Assembly: GCA_009919985.1 (NCBI GenBank)
Contig: RGAX01000001.1
Coordinates: 227-64,226 of the forward strand
Source: Opitutaceae bacterium
GTDB taxonomy: Bacteria > Verrucomicrobiota > Verrucomicrobiia > Opitutales > Opitutaceae
DNA length: 64,000 bases
Direction: 5' to 3'
The notes beneath the pieces are model-generated. The model did no database searches. It was given only the letters and a program-made list of their open reading frames with translations, and was not told the DNA's origin. The position numbers and the translations under genes are program-made. Below are positions 52,048-64,000 of this stretch, piece by piece. Within the stretch, counting starts at the first letter, position 1. The number at the start of each line of letters is the position of its first letter.

Positions 52048-52614
52048 TCAGGAGAGCGACAAAAAGTTTTTCAAAATGTTCATTCCGCCTTCGGTCGCGA
52101 TGGACTCAGGGTGGAATTGTACGCCCCAAATCGGGAGCGTGCGGTGGCGCAGGCCCATGACCTCGCCCTCGGCGGTCTCGGCGGTGATCTCAAGGGCGGC
52201 GGGAAAACTGGCGCGGTCGACGAGCAGCGAGTGGTAGCGCGTGGCGGCGAAGCCTTGGGGCATGCCGTGGAAAACGTCGGTGTTTTTATGCAGGATCGGC
52301 GAGGTCTTGCCGTGCATGAGGCGGCTGGCGCGGACGACGTTACCGCCGTAAAAATGGCCGATGGATTGGTGGCCGAGGCAGACGCCGAGGATGGGCTTCA
52401 CGCCGGCAAAGGCCTTGATCATATCCAGCGAGACACCGGCTTCGGCGGGCGAGCAAGGGCCGGGCGAAATGAGGATGCGATCCGGGTTGAGCGCGACGGC
52501 TTCGGCTGGCGTAATCTGGTCGTTGCGAAACACGCGTTGGGTCACGCCCAACTGGCCAAAGTATTGGACCAAGTTGAAGGTAAAGGAGTCGTAGTTGTCG
52601 ATGACGAGGAGCAC
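52048..52614 (-). CDS. Anthranilate/aminodeoxychorismate synthase glutamine amidotransferase component (TrpG/PabA type)
   Basis: 188 aa with a GTG start. [40 protein letters not shown]. Confidence 0.93.
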   Translation of the reverse strand: MLLVIDNYDSFTFNLVQYFGQLGVTQRVFRNDQITPAEAVALNPDRILISPGPCSPAEAGVSLDMIKAFAGVKPILGVCLGHQSIGHFYGGNVVRASRLMHGKTSPILHKNTDVFHGMPQGFAATRYHSLLVDRASFPAALEITAETAEGEVMGLRHRTLPIWGVQFHPESIATEGGMNILKNFLSLS

Positions 52615-52684
52615 GGTAGTCGGTGGAGTACTACCTCGTGGATTGACAGCGGGGTCAAGCGCGCGGGTAGGGTGGGGCGTCGCT

Positions 52685-53830
52685 ATGCCCGATCATTTCC
52701 AGTTATTAAAGACCGATACCGTCACTGCTGCTCGTCGGGGTCGCTTACGCACGCGGCATGGCACGATCGAGACGCCGATCTTTATGCCGGTCGGCACGCA
52801 GGGCACGGTGAAATCGCTCACGCCTGCGCATCTGCGCGAGATCGGTTCACAAATCATTCTTGGCAATACCTACCATCTTAATCTGCGTCCGACCTCCGAG
52901 TTGATTCACGAGCTTGGTGGGTTGCATAAATTCATGGGCTGGGATGGCCCGATCCTCACAGATAGCGGCGGATTTCAGGTGTTTTCGTTGGCGAAGTTGC
53001 GCGACATCCGGGAAGATGGCGTAGCGTTTCAGTCGCACTTAGACGGTAAGAAACTTTTTCTCGGCCCCAAAGAGGTCATGGGGATTCAGCAAAATCTGGG
53101 CAGTGATATCGCGATGGTGATCGACGAGTGTCCGCCTTGGCCGTGCGAACGCGACGCGTGCGCGCAGGCGGTGGCGCGCAGTTATCGTTGGGCGCAGCAA
53201 TGTAAACAAATCGCCACGGATAACGGTTTTCTCGGAGCGGGTCACCATGTGTTCGCGATTGTGCAGGGTTCCACCTTCGACGATTTGCGCCGCGAGGCGG
53301 CGGAGTCTTTGGCGGCACTGGATTTTCCCGGCTACGCCGTGGGCGGGGTGAGCGTAGGCGAACCCGAACCGGAAATGCTCAAACAAGTCGGGGCCACGAC
53401 GCCGTTTATGCCGGCGGACAAGCCGCGCTACACCATGGGCCTCGGCACGCCACCGCAGCTGTTAAAGATGGTCGCGCTCGGCGTGGATATGTTTGATTGC
53501 GTGCTGCCAAGCCGAGTTGCGCGCAACGGCCTTGTATTCACCCCCGATGGTCCGATCAACCTGAAGAACGAAAAATACCGCAGCGATCCACGGCCCATCG
53601 TCGAAGGTTTGGACAATTATACGTGTCGGAATTTCTCCCGCTCTTACCTGCGCCATCTTACGGTCGCAGGTGAAATCTTAGCCTGTACGCTTTGCACACT
53701 GCACAATTTGCATTTTTATCTCGATCTCATGGCGCAGGCGCGGGCGCATATTGAAGCGGGTGATTACGCGACCTGGCATCTCGCTTGGGTGGCTCGCTAC
53801 GAAGCGGGGGCGGCGGCGCGCGTGGCCTAA
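52685..53830 (+). CDS. tgt: Queuine tRNA-ribosyltransferase
   Basis: Internal ATG of ORF 52595..53830. [46 protein letters not shown], zinc site C..C..C...H region. Confidence 0.96.
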   Translation: MPDHFQLLKTDTVTAARRGRLRTRHGTIETPIFMPVGTQGTVKSLTPAHLREIGSQIILGNTYHLNLRPTSELIHELGGLHKFMGWDGPILTDSGGFQVFSLAKLRDIREDGVAFQSHLDGKKLFLGPKEVMGIQQNLGSDIAMVIDECPPWPCERDACAQAVARSYRWAQQCKQIATDNGFLGAGHHVFAIVQGSTFDDLRREAAESLAALDFPGYAVGGVSVGEPEPEMLKQVGATTPFMPADKPRYTMGLGTPPQLLKMVALGVDMFDCVLPSRVARNGLVFTPDGPINLKNEKYRSDPRPIVEGLDNYTCRNFSRSYLRHLTVAGEILACTLCTLHNLHFYLDLMAQARAHIEAGDYATWHLAWVARYEAGAAARVA

Positions 53831-53893
53831 GCTCCGCTCTCGCCTTACACGTTAGGTTGGTTTTGCTTTCGCTTAGAAACCCTACTTTTTCCC

Positions 53894-54820
53894 ATGCGTA
53901 TTCTCGTCACCGGCGGCGCCGGCTTTCTCGGTTCCCATCTTTGTGATCGGCTCATCACCGAAGGTCATGAAGTGACGGTGATCGACAATCTCTTCACCGG
54001 CCGAAAGCAGAATATCGCGCATCTGCTAGATCACCCGCGTTTCGAATTCGTGCGGCACGACGTGATTGATCCCTTTAAGTACGAGGTCGATCAAATCTAC
54101 AATCTCGCCTGTCCGGCCTCGCCGCCGCACTACCAATATAATCCGATCAAGACGATTAAGACCTCGATTCTCGGTTCGATTAATTGCCTTGGCCTCGCCA
54201 AGCGCGTGAAAGCCCGCGTGTTTCAGGCCAGCACAAGCGAAGTTTACGGTGACCCGCACGTCCACCCGCAGCCCGAAAGCTACTGGGGCAACGTCAACCC
54301 CATCGGCAAACGCTCTTGCTACGACGAAGGCAAACGCTGCGCCGAGACGCTGTTCTTCGACTATCACCGCGAACACAAAGTCGATATCCGCGTTGTCCGC
54401 ATTTTTAATACCTACGGCCCTCGCATGCACGAGTCCGATGGACGCGTTGTTTCCAATTTCATCGTTCAGGCCCTGCGCGGCGAGGATATCACAATTTACG
54501 GCGATGGGTCGCAGACGCGCTCATTTTGTTACGTCGATGATTTGATTGAGGGCTGGCTCCGCCTGATGGCTCAGACCGAGACGGTCGGCCCGATGAATCT
54601 CGGCAATCCTAGCGAGTTCACGATGCTTCAACTTGCCGAGCTCACGCTTAAACTGGTCGGCGGCAAATCCAAGATTGTGCACAAGCCGCTCCCATCCGAC
54701 GACCCCAAGCAGCGCAGGCCCGACATTTCGCTCGCTCAAAAAGTCCTAAAGTGGGAACCCAAGGTGCCGCTTGAAGATGGCCTGCTACGCACCATCGCTT
54801 ACTTTAAACCACGAGTTTGA
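53894..54820 (+). CDS. UDP-glucuronate decarboxylase (UDP-xylose synthase), SDR family
   Basis: 308 aa. [18 protein letters not shown], catalytic YDEGKRCAE, and [10 protein letters not shown], which is typical of UXS. Confidence 0.88.
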   Translation: MRILVTGGAGFLGSHLCDRLITEGHEVTVIDNLFTGRKQNIAHLLDHPRFEFVRHDVIDPFKYEVDQIYNLACPASPPHYQYNPIKTIKTSILGSINCLGLAKRVKARVFQASTSEVYGDPHVHPQPESYWGNVNPIGKRSCYDEGKRCAETLFFDYHREHKVDIRVVRIFNTYGPRMHESDGRVVSNFIVQALRGEDITIYGDGSQTRSFCYVDDLIEGWLRLMAQTETVGPMNLGNPSEFTMLQLAELTLKLVGGKSKIVHKPLPSDDPKQRRPDISLAQKVLKWEPKVPLEDGLLRTIAYFKPRV

Positions 54821-55001
54821 GTGGGATCGAAGGTGAGTTAGAACCTCCCGCTGGTTTGCTCCTGGGCGTGACATCGCGGCACCGGTCGGCCTGCTGCTGC
54901 CCTCAAGCATGGGGTGCCCCCGCTGGTTATTTGCACTCAGGGAGCCGGATTATTTCTTCATTTGCCAAGCCCATGGCTCGGGCTACGCTCACGCCCCCTT
55001 C

Positions 55002-57998
55002 ATGCTCTCGTTTTTATTTAAACGTTTCTCCGGCCGTCATTATCGTAAGTTTCTCGAAAAAAGCCGCCCCATCGTCGCGCGCATTAACGAGCTTGAGCTG
55101 AGCTACCAAGCCCTCACCGACGAGCAACTCCGCGCCAAGACCGACGAGTTCCGCGCCCGCATTGGCTCCGCCGCCGACAAATCCGCTGCGCTCGAGGCGA
55201 TTCTGCCTGAGGCTTTTGCCACCGTCAAAAGCGCCGCCCGCCGTCTGAGCGGTCGCAAGGTCATCGTCTGCGATCACGAGCTTACTTGGGACATGGTGCA
55301 CTTCGATGTGCAGCTCATCGGCGGCATGGCCATCCACGAAGGAAAGATCGCCGAAATGGCCACCGGTGAAGGCAAAACCCTCGTCTCCACGCTCCCGCTT
55401 TATCTCAACGCTCTTACCGCGCGTAACACCCAGCTAGTCACGGTCAATGACTACCTCGCCCGTCGCGATTCCGAGTGGATGGGACACCTTTACAACTTTC
55501 TCGGTATCTCCGTGGGCTGCATCCAGCAGCAGATGTCGCCCGACCTCCGGCGCGAGATGTATGGCCGCGACATCACTTACGGCACCGCCAGCGAATTTGG
55601 TTTCGATTACTTGCGCGACAACGGCATGGCCACGCGCAAAGAAGATCAGGTCCAACGCGACCACTGGTTCTGCATCGTGGACGAAATCGACTCCATCCTC
55701 GTCGACGAAGCGCGCACGCCGCTCATCATTTCCGGCCCGGCACCGATCGAACGCGAACAACCGTTTACGCGCATCAAGCCCCCCATCGACCGGCTCGTTA
55801 ACGACCAGACCCGCCTCTGTAATCGCTTCGTCTCCGATGCGATGGCTCTGCTCGAAAAAACCGCGCCCACTCCTGAGGAGCGTGACACCGCCGCCCGTAA
55901 GATGCTGCAGGTGAAAATGGGTAACCCTAACAACAAGCAGCTCCTTCGTCTCCTCGAGACGCCCGACTGGCGCAAGCTCCTCGATAAGGTTGAGACCGAT
56001 CTTAATTCCGACCTCAATAAAGACGAGCTTTACCGCCTCAAGGAAGACCTTCTCTACGTCGTCGACGAGCGCCAACATCAAGCCGACCTGACCGAAATCG
56101 GCCGCAAGCAGCTACGTCCCGATAACGCCGACGCGTTCGTCTTGCCTGACCTCGCCACGGAATTCTCTGACATCGAGAAAGACACCGCCTCGACCCCTGA
56201 GCAACGCGAAGCCAAGAAACTCGCCGCGCAAAACCACTACGCTGAAATCTCCGAGGAGATTCACGCCATTTCCCAGCTCCTTCGCGCCTATTCCCTCTAC
56301 GAGCGTGACGTCGAATACGTTGTTCAAGAAGGCAAGGTCATGATCGTCGATGAAAATACCGGCCGCGTTATGCCCGGTCGCCGTTGGTCTGACGGACTTC
56401 ATCAGGCTGTCGAGGCCAAGGAAGGTGTCATGATCGAGCGCGAGACGCGCACCTACGCCACGATCACGATTCAAAATTATTTCCGCATGTATGAGAAACT
56501 CGCGGGCATGACCGGCACTGCCGAGACCGAAGCCACCGAGTTCCAAGACATCTACCGCCTCGCCGTCCAAGTCATCCCGACAAATCGGCCATGCATCCGC
56601 GTTGATCGCAACGACTCCATTTTTAAAACTCGGCGAGATAAGTTTAACGCGGTCGTCAAAGAAATCGAAGCCGCCAACAAGCGCGGCCAGCCCGTCCTTG
56701 TCGGCACCGTCAGCGTCGAATCATCCGAGGTGCTTTCCCGCATGTTGAAACGCGCCGGTGTGATTCACGCCGTCCTTAACGCCAAGTTCCACCAGCAAGA
56801 AGCCGAAATTGTATCCCGTGCGGGCCAGCGCAGTGCCGTCACCATCGCCACCAATATGGCCGGACGCGGTACTGACATTAAGCTCGGTGAAGGCGTCCGC
56901 GAACTCGGCGGCCTCATGGTGATCGGCACTGAGCGCCACCAATCCCGCCGCATCGACCGCCAGTTGCGCGGCCGTTGCTCGCGTCAGGGCGACCCCGGCC
57001 TCACGAAGTTTTTCCTCTCGCTCGAAGACGAGTTGATGCGCCTTTTCCTCCAAGGCAATCTCGCCTCGCGCCTCATGGAAGGCTCGATGAAGGAAGGCGA
57101 AGAACTTGAGCACCCGTGGCTTAACCGCTCGATCGAGAGCGCGCAGAAAAAGGTCGAGCAACAGAATTTTTCGGTTCGTAAACGCCTACTGCAATACGAC
57201 GACGTGCTCAACCAGCAGCGCGAAGTCATTTACGGCATTCGCAACGCCGCCATCCACTCCGAGCGCCCGAAAGAGATCATCTTTGAGCAAGTCGGCGAAG
57301 AAATCATTTCGCGCCTCGCGGTCGCCGGTTTCGGCGAAAAAGGCGGCGCCACCGTCTCCGGCATCGAAAGCCTCGTTGGTTGGCTCAACACCCATTTCCC
57401 AATCAGCGTCAGCGCCGCCGAACTCACAGGCAACGACCCCGAGGCGCTCAGCGCCAAGCTCGTCGAGCGCGTGAAACAAGCCTACGCGGTCAAAGAATCC
57501 GTGGAGGTGCCCGATGCGCTCGGTGCGCTCGAGCGCTACGTTGTCATCAACGCCATCGATCACCACTGGCAGGAACATCTCACCGAGATGGAAAACCTCC
57601 GCCAGTCCGTCGGCCTGCGCAGCTACGGCCAGAAAGACCCGCTCGTGGAATACAAGAGCGAGGCCTACAAATATTTCGAGGAGCTTATGACCAACGTGCG
57701 GCTCCAGATCTGCACCGGACTCTTCCGCAGCGCGTCTAACATCGAGAGTTTTGAAAACATGCTCTCGCTTCTGAGTCGTACCGCCCGCGCCGTCGGACCC
57801 GCCGATGCGCCCGCGACGCCACGCTTGGAAACGAGTACCACGGTCAACGGTGGCGGCACCTCCGAAGGCGCCCCGGACGCAGCTCCCGAAATCCAGTTGC
57901 CCAAAGTCACGATCCGCCGCGAGACGCCGAAAGTCGGCCGCAACGATCCGTGCCCCTGTGGCAGCGGGAAAAAGTTCAAAGCCTGTCACGGCGCGTGA
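55002..57998 (+). CDS. secA: Preprotein translocase ATPase SecA
   Basis: Internal ATG of ORF 54909..57998. [41 protein letters not shown]-terminal zinc motif [14 protein letters not shown]. Confidence 0.97.
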   Translation: MLSFLFKRFSGRHYRKFLEKSRPIVARINELELSYQALTDEQLRAKTDEFRARIGSAADKSAALEAILPEAFATVKSAARRLSGRKVIVCDHELTWDMVHFDVQLIGGMAIHEGKIAEMATGEGKTLVSTLPLYLNALTARNTQLVTVNDYLARRDSEWMGHLYNFLGISVGCIQQQMSPDLRREMYGRDITYGTASEFGFDYLRDNGMATRKEDQVQRDHWFCIVDEIDSILVDEARTPLIISGPAPIEREQPFTRIKPPIDRLVNDQTRLCNRFVSDAMALLEKTAPTPEERDTAARKMLQVKMGNPNNKQLLRLLETPDWRKLLDKVETDLNSDLNKDELYRLKEDLLYVVDERQHQADLTEIGRKQLRPDNADAFVLPDLATEFSDIEKDTASTPEQREAKKLAAQNHYAEISEEIHAISQLLRAYSLYERDVEYVVQEGKVMIVDENTGRVMPGRRWSDGLHQAVEAKEGVMIERETRTYATITIQNYFRMYEKLAGMTGTAETEATEFQDIYRLAVQVIPTNRPCIRVDRNDSIFKTRRDKFNAVVKEIEAANKRGQPVLVGTVSVESSEVLSRMLKRAGVIHAVLNAKFHQQEAEIVSRAGQRSAVTIATNMAGRGTDIKLGEGVRELGGLMVIGTERHQSRRIDRQLRGRCSRQGDPGLTKFFLSLEDELMRLFLQGNLASRLMEGSMKEGEELEHPWLNRSIESAQKKVEQQNFSVRKRLLQYDDVLNQQREVIYGIRNAAIHSERPKEIIFEQVGEEIISRLAVAGFGEKGGATVSGIESLVGWLNTHFPISVSAAELTGNDPEALSAKLVERVKQAYAVKESVEVPDALGALERYVVINAIDHHWQEHLTEMENLRQSVGLRSYGQKDPLVEYKSEAYKYFEELMTNVRLQICTGLFRSASNIESFENMLSLLSRTARAVGPADAPATPRLETSTTVNGGGTSEGAPDAAPEIQLPKVTIRRETPKVGRNDPCPCGSGKKFKACHGA

Positions 57999-59644
57999 GT
58001 CCGGCTGAGACAACGCCCGAGCTCGATCCTTACTCGCCCCAACCCTCGTTTTGGCGCGATCAGGCCGATTACGTGACGGCGACGATCGTCTTCGTGTTCA
58101 GCGTGGCTCTCACGGTGTTGGCGTTTCCGCCGTACTCGACGCCGGAGCTCGCCTACGCGTGCCTCGTGCCCGGTTTGTTTTGGGCTTATCGCCGGCCGCC
58201 CTTTAAACTTTATGCCGGCACGATGTTAGCCGCGCAGGCGGTGGCTTGGACGATCTTGCTTGGTTGGCTGCACCACGTGACGTGGGGGGGGCTTTTTTTG
58301 CTCGGGCCGTTTATCGGTGCTTGGGTGGGCGCGTGGTTCCTCGCTGCATGGTGGGCGTTGCCGCGCATGATGGGACGCAAGACACCCGTGCGCATGATGG
58401 TGTTACTCGGGCTCGCGGGTTTATGGTGCATTAACGAGTGGCTACGCACATTTGTGCTCGGTGGTTTTCCGTGGCTGCCGCTCGCGGCGAGCCAATGGGA
58501 ACGCGTGAGCGTCTTGCAGCTAGCGGCCTACACGGGGCAGGGTGGGGTGGCGTTTGTGCTCGTCTCCATGAATCTCGGTTTCGCGGCCTATGCGCACCGC
58601 TTGTTTTGCGAGGGCGTCTCGGGTCTTAACAAGCGTAGCCAAGAATTTTTTCTCGCGGTCTTTTTGCTCTTCGTGGCGTTAAGCGTGCACGTGCAGGAGA
58701 CGTTTAACCGTGCGCCATATTACTCGACGCTGGGGCGGGTTGCTTTTGTGCAACCATACGTACCACAAGAGGTTAAATGGGATCCGACGAAGGCGCCAGG
58801 TATCATTGCGACGCTAGAAAAAACCACCCTCGCCGCGGCGGCGACCAAGCCCGATCTCATACTTTGGCCTGAGGCTGTAACGCCGTGGGCCGTGCGAGGT
58901 GATTCCAATGTGCGCGACTTCACGGAGTCTCTGGTTAAGCGCGCGGGGTCTTCCTTGTTACTGGGCTCCATCGCGATTGAGGATCTAGGCCGGCCCGAGG
59001 AGCGTTGGCTCAATGGCGCGTTTCTCGTTACGCCCGAGGCCGGGTTGCAACCAACCTACTACGCGAAACGTAAACTCGTCCCCTTCGGTGAATTCGTGCC
59101 GTTTCGCCCTGTCCTGGGCTGGCTCAAGAAATTTGTGCCGATCGGCGATGATTTTGCGCGCGGCACGGAGGCCTCTTCTTTGCTGGTGCCCATGCGCGGA
59201 GAGTCAGTCGCCTTTGGTGCGTTGATTTGCTACGAGGATATTTTCCCCTCACTGGCGCGGGCGAGCGTTCTCTCTGGCGCTGATGTTCTGACGGTTGTCA
59301 CCAATAACGGCTGGTTCGGCGAAGGTGGTGCGACGTATCAACACGCTGCGCATTCGGTTTTGCGGGCGGTGGAAAATCGCCGCCCTGTGCTGCGCTGTGG
59401 CAATGGGGGCTGGAGTGGTTGGATCGATGAATTTGGCAACGCGCGTTTCACCATGCGCGAGGAGAACGGAAATATTTATTTCCGCGGCGCCCAAGTTGCA
59501 ACGATCGCGCGCGACTCACGCTGGATCGGGCGCACGAGTTTTTATACCAGGCACGGAGATTGGTTTGTCCTGCTGAGTTTGGCGCTGGCAGCGTCGGCTT
59601 ATTTTTTACTTTCGAATCACACTCCGGCACGATCAAGGCGTTGA
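57995..59644 (+). CDS. lnt: Apolipoprotein N-acyltransferase
   Basis: ORF 57950..59644. I preferred the GTG at 57995, which overlaps the secA TGA. N-terminal polytopic membrane domain plus a C-terminal CN-hydrolase domain (LILWPE..., ALICYEDIF). Confidence 0.88.
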   Translation: MSPAETTPELDPYSPQPSFWRDQADYVTATIVFVFSVALTVLAFPPYSTPELAYACLVPGLFWAYRRPPFKLYAGTMLAAQAVAWTILLGWLHHVTWGGLFLLGPFIGAWVGAWFLAAWWALPRMMGRKTPVRMMVLLGLAGLWCINEWLRTFVLGGFPWLPLAASQWERVSVLQLAAYTGQGGVAFVLVSMNLGFAAYAHRLFCEGVSGLNKRSQEFFLAVFLLFVALSVHVQETFNRAPYYSTLGRVAFVQPYVPQEVKWDPTKAPGIIATLEKTTLAAAATKPDLILWPEAVTPWAVRGDSNVRDFTESLVKRAGSSLLLGSIAIEDLGRPEERWLNGAFLVTPEAGLQPTYYAKRKLVPFGEFVPFRPVLGWLKKFVPIGDDFARGTEASSLLVPMRGESVAFGALICYEDIFPSLARASVLSGADVLTVVTNNGWFGEGGATYQHAAHSVLRAVENRRPVLRCGNGGWSGWIDEFGNARFTMREENGNIYFRGAQVATIARDSRWIGRTSFYTRHGDWFVLLSLALAASAYFLLSNHTPARSRR

Positions 59645-59753
59645 TTCTTCGGACTGTCCGTTGGGCCGCGCTTTGCGTCGGCGGTTCGGATTTCCGCCCC
59701 TGTATATGCCACCGTTATTTAACCCGGCGGATGGCTTAGTCCCAGTAAACCCT

Positions 59754-62700
59754 ATGCAACGTCCCTTCGTCTCCGCGTCCCATCGTATCGCGACTACGCT
59801 TCTAGCCCTCGCGTGTGTGCTCGCCGGTCTTGTTGTCAGCGTGTACGCCCAGTCCACTGCTGAAACTGCCGAGATCGCCGCGCGCACTGCCGCCGCTAAA
59901 GCGGCTGCCGCCAAAACCCCCGATCTTTCGAAAGACGGCGCGGTAGTGCTTACGCCGTTTCAGGTTAATTCGACAAAGGATTCGGGTTACTTCGCGGAAA
60001 ACACTCTCGCCGGTTCTCGCCTCAACACCAACTTGGCCGATCTCGCCGCTTCGATCACCGTCGTCACCAAGCAGCAGATGGACGATACCGCAGCCTTGGA
60101 CATCAACGACGTGTTTAAATACGAAGCCAGCACGGAAGGTTCTAGCTCCTACACCCCGTCGATCACCGATCGCGGAACGGCCAAGGACTCCATCGCTGGT
60201 TACAGCTTCGGCAACAACGGTGACTCCTCCACCAACGCCCAAGCCAATCGTGTCCGCGGCATGGCGGCTCCCGATGCGGCTATTAATAATTTTCCCACGA
60301 ATAACCGCATCCCTTTCGATTCTTACAATACCCAGTCAGTTGAAATCACTCGCGGGCCTAACTCCCTTCTTTTCGGTCTCGGTACGCCCGCGGGCATCGT
60401 AAATCAGACCTCCGCTCAAGCGGTGCTGAATCGTAATAACAACCAGGTGGTGATGCGCACCGATCACTACGGCTCCTTCCGCACGTCGCTCACGATGAAC
60501 CGCTCCTTGCTCAAGGACAAACTCGCCGTCTACGGGGCCTTCCTTTATAACAACCAACAATTTCAGCGCAAACCCTCGCGTGATCTGACCCGTCGCCAAT
60601 ACGGCGCGCTCACCTACAAGCCATTCAGTAAAACCGTCATTCGCGGCTTTGCGGAAAACTATCAAAATAACGCCAACCGTCCCAACTCGCTCACGCCGCG
60701 TGATTTTGTCACCCCTTGGTTTGCCGCCGGACGCCCGGTTTACGATCCGACCACCCGCATGATCACCGTGCTCGACACGAACCGCGTCGTCGGCCCGTAC
60801 GTCTCCAATATTAACTCACCCGGCTACAACGCCGCCGTGAACACCATCCTCGGTTCCGGCGCCCCGAGCACCATCACCTCGCCGCAATTTGTCCCCGGCA
60901 TTCAGTTCGATGATACCTCACGCCCGCTACGCCTGATCGACGGGGGTCAGTCCATCGCCTACTTCCAGCGCAACCCTGTCCTCTACGCGCCCGCTCAGAC
61001 CAATCCTGCGACCGCGACCCCCACGCCTGCTTCCCTCGGCTGGGTCACCGGCGACTCCCGTTACTTGATGCTCGATCGTCAGTGGTCCTCCTCGGTCAAT
61101 TTGCCGATCCCGACTGCACTCATTAACGGCAAAACTTACACCTACGGCAGCTATCAGATCCCGGGCGTCACCAACAAATCGATCTACGACTGGACTAAAT
61201 ACAATCACCTCCAGACCAACTTCGCCAAAGTCCGCGCTTCCAATTATAACTTGGAGCTCGAGCAACAAATTCTCCCCGACCTATTCTTCAGCGCCGGCTG
61301 GCTCCGACAAGACGTCGAGAGCGTGGAAAACTACACGATGAATCAGCTCACCGGTGCCACCATCCAGGTCGATACGAATCAAAAACTCGTCGACGGAACC
61401 CCCAATCGCTATTTCGGCCTCCCGTTTGTCTCTGAAGGCGTAGGCGGCGGTATCGACACGTTCTATACGCCTCAGACCGATGACAACTACCGCGCTATGC
61501 TCGCCTACGACTTGGACATGACCAAGCGCAACGGCCTGCTCAAGTGGCTCGGCCACCATCGCCTCCTCGGTCTCTGGTCGCAGCAAAACGTCGACCGCGC
61601 CGTCGAGCGTTGGCGCAACGGCTTTGTTGGCGGCGACGCTGACGGCACCCTGCGCTACGTGCCCAATCTGACCATCCCAGGCCGCGATTTAGCCACCGCA
61701 ACCTCGCTCATGCGTAAATACTACATGGCCAGCCCCGGCGGCGCTCAAGGCGTCTCCACTCACTCGGCCGGTTTCTATGGCAACCAAGGCTGGAACACTC
61801 CCGCGACCTCACAAATCCAAGTCTATAACTACAACACCGGCCAATTCCAGAACGACACGGTCGTCGAACAATCCACCTTCTCGAGCGCTGGCAGTTTTCG
61901 TACCCGCCGCGAGGTCAAGAGCTGGACGCTCGCCGCCCAAAGCTACCTCTGGGAAGACCGCCTCATCGCCACCCTCGGTTTCCGTCACGACGATTACCGC
62001 GCCCGCATCACCTCGCCCGGCGCTCTAACCGACGTCAAGGGCAAGGTCACCGAAGTCGCCCTCACCAACGCCCAACTCTTCAACAACGGCGTCGCCGGTA
62101 TCATTAACCACGATCTTGTCATGAGCCGCTGGGGCCGCTGGGACGAACTCCAAGGCGACACCAAAACCGTCGGCGCCGCCTTCCGCCCGCTCAAAAACCA
62201 AGGGTTTATTCGTCGTATGGTCGGCGAAGACACGCTCGCCTCCGAGCTCCTCCAAAGCCTGACGTTTTATTATAATAAATCCGACAACTTCAACCCGCCC
62301 GCCACCTATCAAACGGACTATTTCTTTAAACCCCTGCCGAAACCCACCGGCTCCGGTCAAGACGGCGGCATCGGCTTCAATCTCTTCCGCAACAAACTCG
62401 TGGTTCGCCTTAATTGGTACGAAAACCAAAGCCAGAACGAGCGTACTGGTGCCGCGGGTACGTTACTCACCCGTCTGGCTTATTCGGATACGACCACTGG
62501 TCTCGCTTGGGCCAGTGCTGTGCAACGCATCCGCAACGGCGTCGCCGGTGGTCGCTCAATCAATGACATCATCGCGGTTTCGAACTGGAACTCTGACACG
62601 GTCAACCCCGTCAACGATCCGACCAACCAGCAGAAAATCTACGACCTGATCAAACTACCGCTCAATTATTACAGCGGCCTCAGCTCCGGTGCCACGCAGG

Positions 62701-63458
62701 AAAGCAAAGCCAAGGGCCTTGAGCTTCAGCTCACTTACAATCCTCTTCCGAACTGGACGATGAAAGTCACCGGCAGCAAACAACAAAGCACCTATACTAA
62801 CATCGCCCCCCAATACGACTCATGGCTCTCCGAGCGCCTCCCTAAGTGGACGACCAATGCAGCCTCGGATATTCCTGATTTCATCGACCCCACCACCAGT
62901 CGTCGCTGGTCGCTGAAAAACTTCTGGACCGGCTATGGTTACTCCAGTGTGGCGCAGATTGAAAACACGGACGGCAACACCAGCGCCCAAGCCTACTTCA
63001 ATAACGTCGTCGCTTCGCAGGTCGCCCTCGCCAAAGCCCTTGAAGGCGCGCGTTCGCCCCTCGAGCGCCAATATCACGGCTCGTTTCTCACTAACTACAG
63101 CTTCACGGGTGGACACTTGAAGGGCTTCGCCGTCGGCGGCAGCGAGCGCTGGGAATCTCGCGCGGCGATCGGTTTCTACGGTAAAGTCGGCGATCTCATT
63201 AATTCGCCCACCGTCATCAATCTCAACGACGTGAATCGGCCTGTTTACGACTCCGGCAATTACTTCACCGATCTTTGGGTTTCTTACTCCCGGAAAGTTT
63301 TCAACAACAAGATCGGCTGGAAACTGCAGCTCAACGTGAACAACGCCACCGAGAATGGACGTCTCATGCCGACCCAAGTCAATTTTGACGGGACGCCTTG
63401 GGCCTTCCGCATCATCGACTCGCGCCAATTCATTCTCACCTCGACGTTTAATTTCTAA
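59754..63458 (+). CDS. Large TonB-dependent outer-membrane receptor
   Basis: Internal ATG of ORF 59661..63458, 1234 aa. Signal peptide ...LACVLAGLVVSVYAQS, TonB-box-like VVLTPFQV, plug sequence LAGSRLNTNLADLAASITVVTKQQMDD, beta-rich body, and a terminal aromatic residue ...TSTFNF. Confidence 0.88.
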   Translation: MQRPFVSASHRIATTLLALACVLAGLVVSVYAQSTAETAEIAARTAAAKAAAAKTPDLSKDGAVVLTPFQVNSTKDSGYFAENTLAGSRLNTNLADLAASITVVTKQQMDDTAALDINDVFKYEASTEGSSSYTPSITDRGTAKDSIAGYSFGNNGDSSTNAQANRVRGMAAPDAAINNFPTNNRIPFDSYNTQSVEITRGPNSLLFGLGTPAGIVNQTSAQAVLNRNNNQVVMRTDHYGSFRTSLTMNRSLLKDKLAVYGAFLYNNQQFQRKPSRDLTRRQYGALTYKPFSKTVIRGFAENYQNNANRPNSLTPRDFVTPWFAAGRPVYDPTTRMITVLDTNRVVGPYVSNINSPGYNAAVNTILGSGAPSTITSPQFVPGIQFDDTSRPLRLIDGGQSIAYFQRNPVLYAPAQTNPATATPTPASLGWVTGDSRYLMLDRQWSSSVNLPIPTALINGKTYTYGSYQIPGVTNKSIYDWTKYNHLQTNFAKVRASNYNLELEQQILPDLFFSAGWLRQDVESVENYTMNQLTGATIQVDTNQKLVDGTPNRYFGLPFVSEGVGGGIDTFYTPQTDDNYRAMLAYDLDMTKRNGLLKWLGHHRLLGLWSQQNVDRAVERWRNGFVGGDADGTLRYVPNLTIPGRDLATATSLMRKYYMASPGGAQGVSTHSAGFYGNQGWNTPATSQIQVYNYNTGQFQNDTVVEQSTFSSAGSFRTRREVKSWTLAAQSYLWEDRLIATLGFRHDDYRARITSPGALTDVKGKVTEVALTNAQLFNNGVAGIINHDLVMSRWGRWDELQGDTKTVGAAFRPLKNQGFIRRMVGEDTLASELLQSLTFYYNKSDNFNPPATYQTDYFFKPLPKPTGSGQDGGIGFNLFRNKLVVRLNWYENQSQNERTGAAGTLLTRLAYSDTTTGLAWASAVQRIRNGVAGGRSINDIIAVSNWNSDTVNPVNDPTNQQKIYDLIKLPLNYYSGLSSGATQESKAKGLELQLTYNPLPNWTMKVTGSKQQSTYTNIAPQYDSWLSERLPKWTTNAASDIPDFIDPTTSRRWSLKNFWTGYGYSSVAQIENTDGNTSAQAYFNNVVASQVALAKALEGARSPLERQYHGSFLTNYSFTGGHLKGFAVGGSERWESRAAIGFYGKVGDLINSPTVINLNDVNRPVYDSGNYFTDLWVSYSRKVFNNKIGWKLQLNVNNATENGRLMPTQVNFDGTPWAFRIIDSRQFILTSTFNF

Positions 63459-63484
63459 GCGCGGCCTTATCCGCGTTGTTCTTC

Positions 63485-63514
63485 AGCTCCCTCGTAATTG
63501 AGGGAGCTTTTTTT
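63485..63514 (+). terminator. Rho-independent terminator after the TonB-dependent receptor gene
   Basis: AGCTCCCTC-GTAATT-GAGGGAGCT (9 bp stem) followed by TTTTTT. Confidence 0.8.
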
Positions 63515-63559
63515 GACCTGTCGGCCTGAGTCTAAATCCATCACGATCATTTTTGCCCC

Positions 63560-64000
63560 ATGGTTTCGCTCTCACCCCGCACTTCTTTATTCCTCGCCTG
63601 GTTCACGCGCTTCGCCCCGCTTGTCCTCGTGCTCGCGATCGCCCTGGTTTACGCCCGCAGCCTCCACGTACCGTTCATCTTCGACGACGCCGACGCCGTG
63701 CAACGCAACTCCACGATTCGCCGTCTCGATGCTTGGGCCATAATAAATCCGCCCGCCGACGGCAGCACCACAACGGGCCGACCTGTGGTTAATATCTCTT
63801 TTGCGCTTAATTACGCACTCAGTGGTGAAGACGTCTGGAGTTACCATGCGCTGAACGTCGCGATCCACGCGCTTGCCGCCCTCGCGCTCCTTGGGCTCTT
63901 GCGCCGCACGCTCGTAGCTCTCGATCCGTTGGCCGCGACGTTTCCGCCCGTTCTGGCTACGTTGGTCGTGCTCGTCTGGGCGTTGCATCCTCTGCAGACG
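63560..64000 (+). CDS. 5' part of a polytopic membrane protein (PMT_2/glycosyltransferase-39-like N-terminus), running off the window
   Basis: Not in the ORF track because it has no stop. My hand translation from the ATG at 63560 is MVSLSPRTSLFLAWFTRFAPLVLVLAIALVYARSLHVPFIFDDADAVQRNSTIRRL...NISFALNYALSGEDVWSYHALNVAIHALAALALLGLL...ALHPLQT. This frame stays open for 147 codons to the window edge. Confidence 0.6.
   Translation, partial: MVSLSPRTSLFLAWFTRFAPLVLVLAIALVYARSLHVPFIFDDADAVQRNSTIRRLDAWAIINPPADGSTTTGRPVVNISFALNYALSGEDVWSYHALNVAIHALAALALLGLLRRTLVALDPLAATFPPVLATLVVLVWALHPLQT

Noticed and set aside
54909-55001. N-terminally extended track ORFs. These are secA from 54909, gltA from 44214, tgt from 52595, the TonB-dependent receptor from 59661, guaA from 37835, pdxJ from 46327, rpsL from 18104, rplJ from 8406, rpsN from 28078 and rpsE from 30012.
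   Set aside because: The conserved N-termini of these families start at internal ATGs. The extensions overlap upstream genes or intergenic sequence and lack protein-like composition.
63587-63988. A 133-codon minus-strand ORF, plus two + strand ORFs (63498..63743 and 63553..63792), at the window end.
   Set aside because: The third + frame, from the ATG at 63560, gives a coherent multi-TM protein and stays open to the window edge. The listed ORFs are off-frame or antisense products of that gene.

Overview
High-GC (about 60%) bacterial chromosomal core region, almost entirely on the + strand. From protein signatures it is probably Verrucomicrobiota/Opitutales-like, but I cannot verify that without a search. 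The window runs as follows. (1) A secreted TPR protein followed by an ExbB/ExbD-type cluster (0.3-4.9 kb). (2) tRNA-Thr, tuf, tRNA-Trp, secE, nusG, rplKAJL and rpoBC (5-17.7 kb), ending in a clean intrinsic terminator. (3) A contiguous str/S10/spc/alpha ribosomal-protein superoperon, rpsL to rplQ (18.2-37.4 kb), with secY, map and rpoA embedded. (4) Housekeeping genes: guaA, hisDCB, hisH, gltA, pdxJ, acpS, nnr, dprA, a minus-strand amidotransferase/nrdR/hypothetical/HIT block, tgt, a UDP-glucuronate decarboxylase, secA, lnt, a 1234-aa TonB-dependent receptor, and the 5' end of a membrane protein running off the window. I saw no CRISPR arrays, transposases, integrases, phage genes or rRNA. This is an ordinary core region, so the findings are local oddities rather than a new multi-gene system. 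The main ones are: a signal-peptide ORF inserted between rpsS and rplV in the S10 operon; a truncated, catalytically degenerate adenylate-kinase-like ORF in the adk slot and translationally coupled to map; a strong CCATG (pyrimidine at -1/-2) start-codon context with few Shine-Dalgarno sites; a SecY C-terminal extension carrying an extra hydrophobic helix; low-complexity extensions on S5, S11, S17 and L17; a small transmembrane zinc-ribbon ORF; a membrane-anchored Nnr fusion; and a homopolymer frameshift in the TPR gene. All functional calls come from reading the translated ORFs by eye, since no database search was possible.
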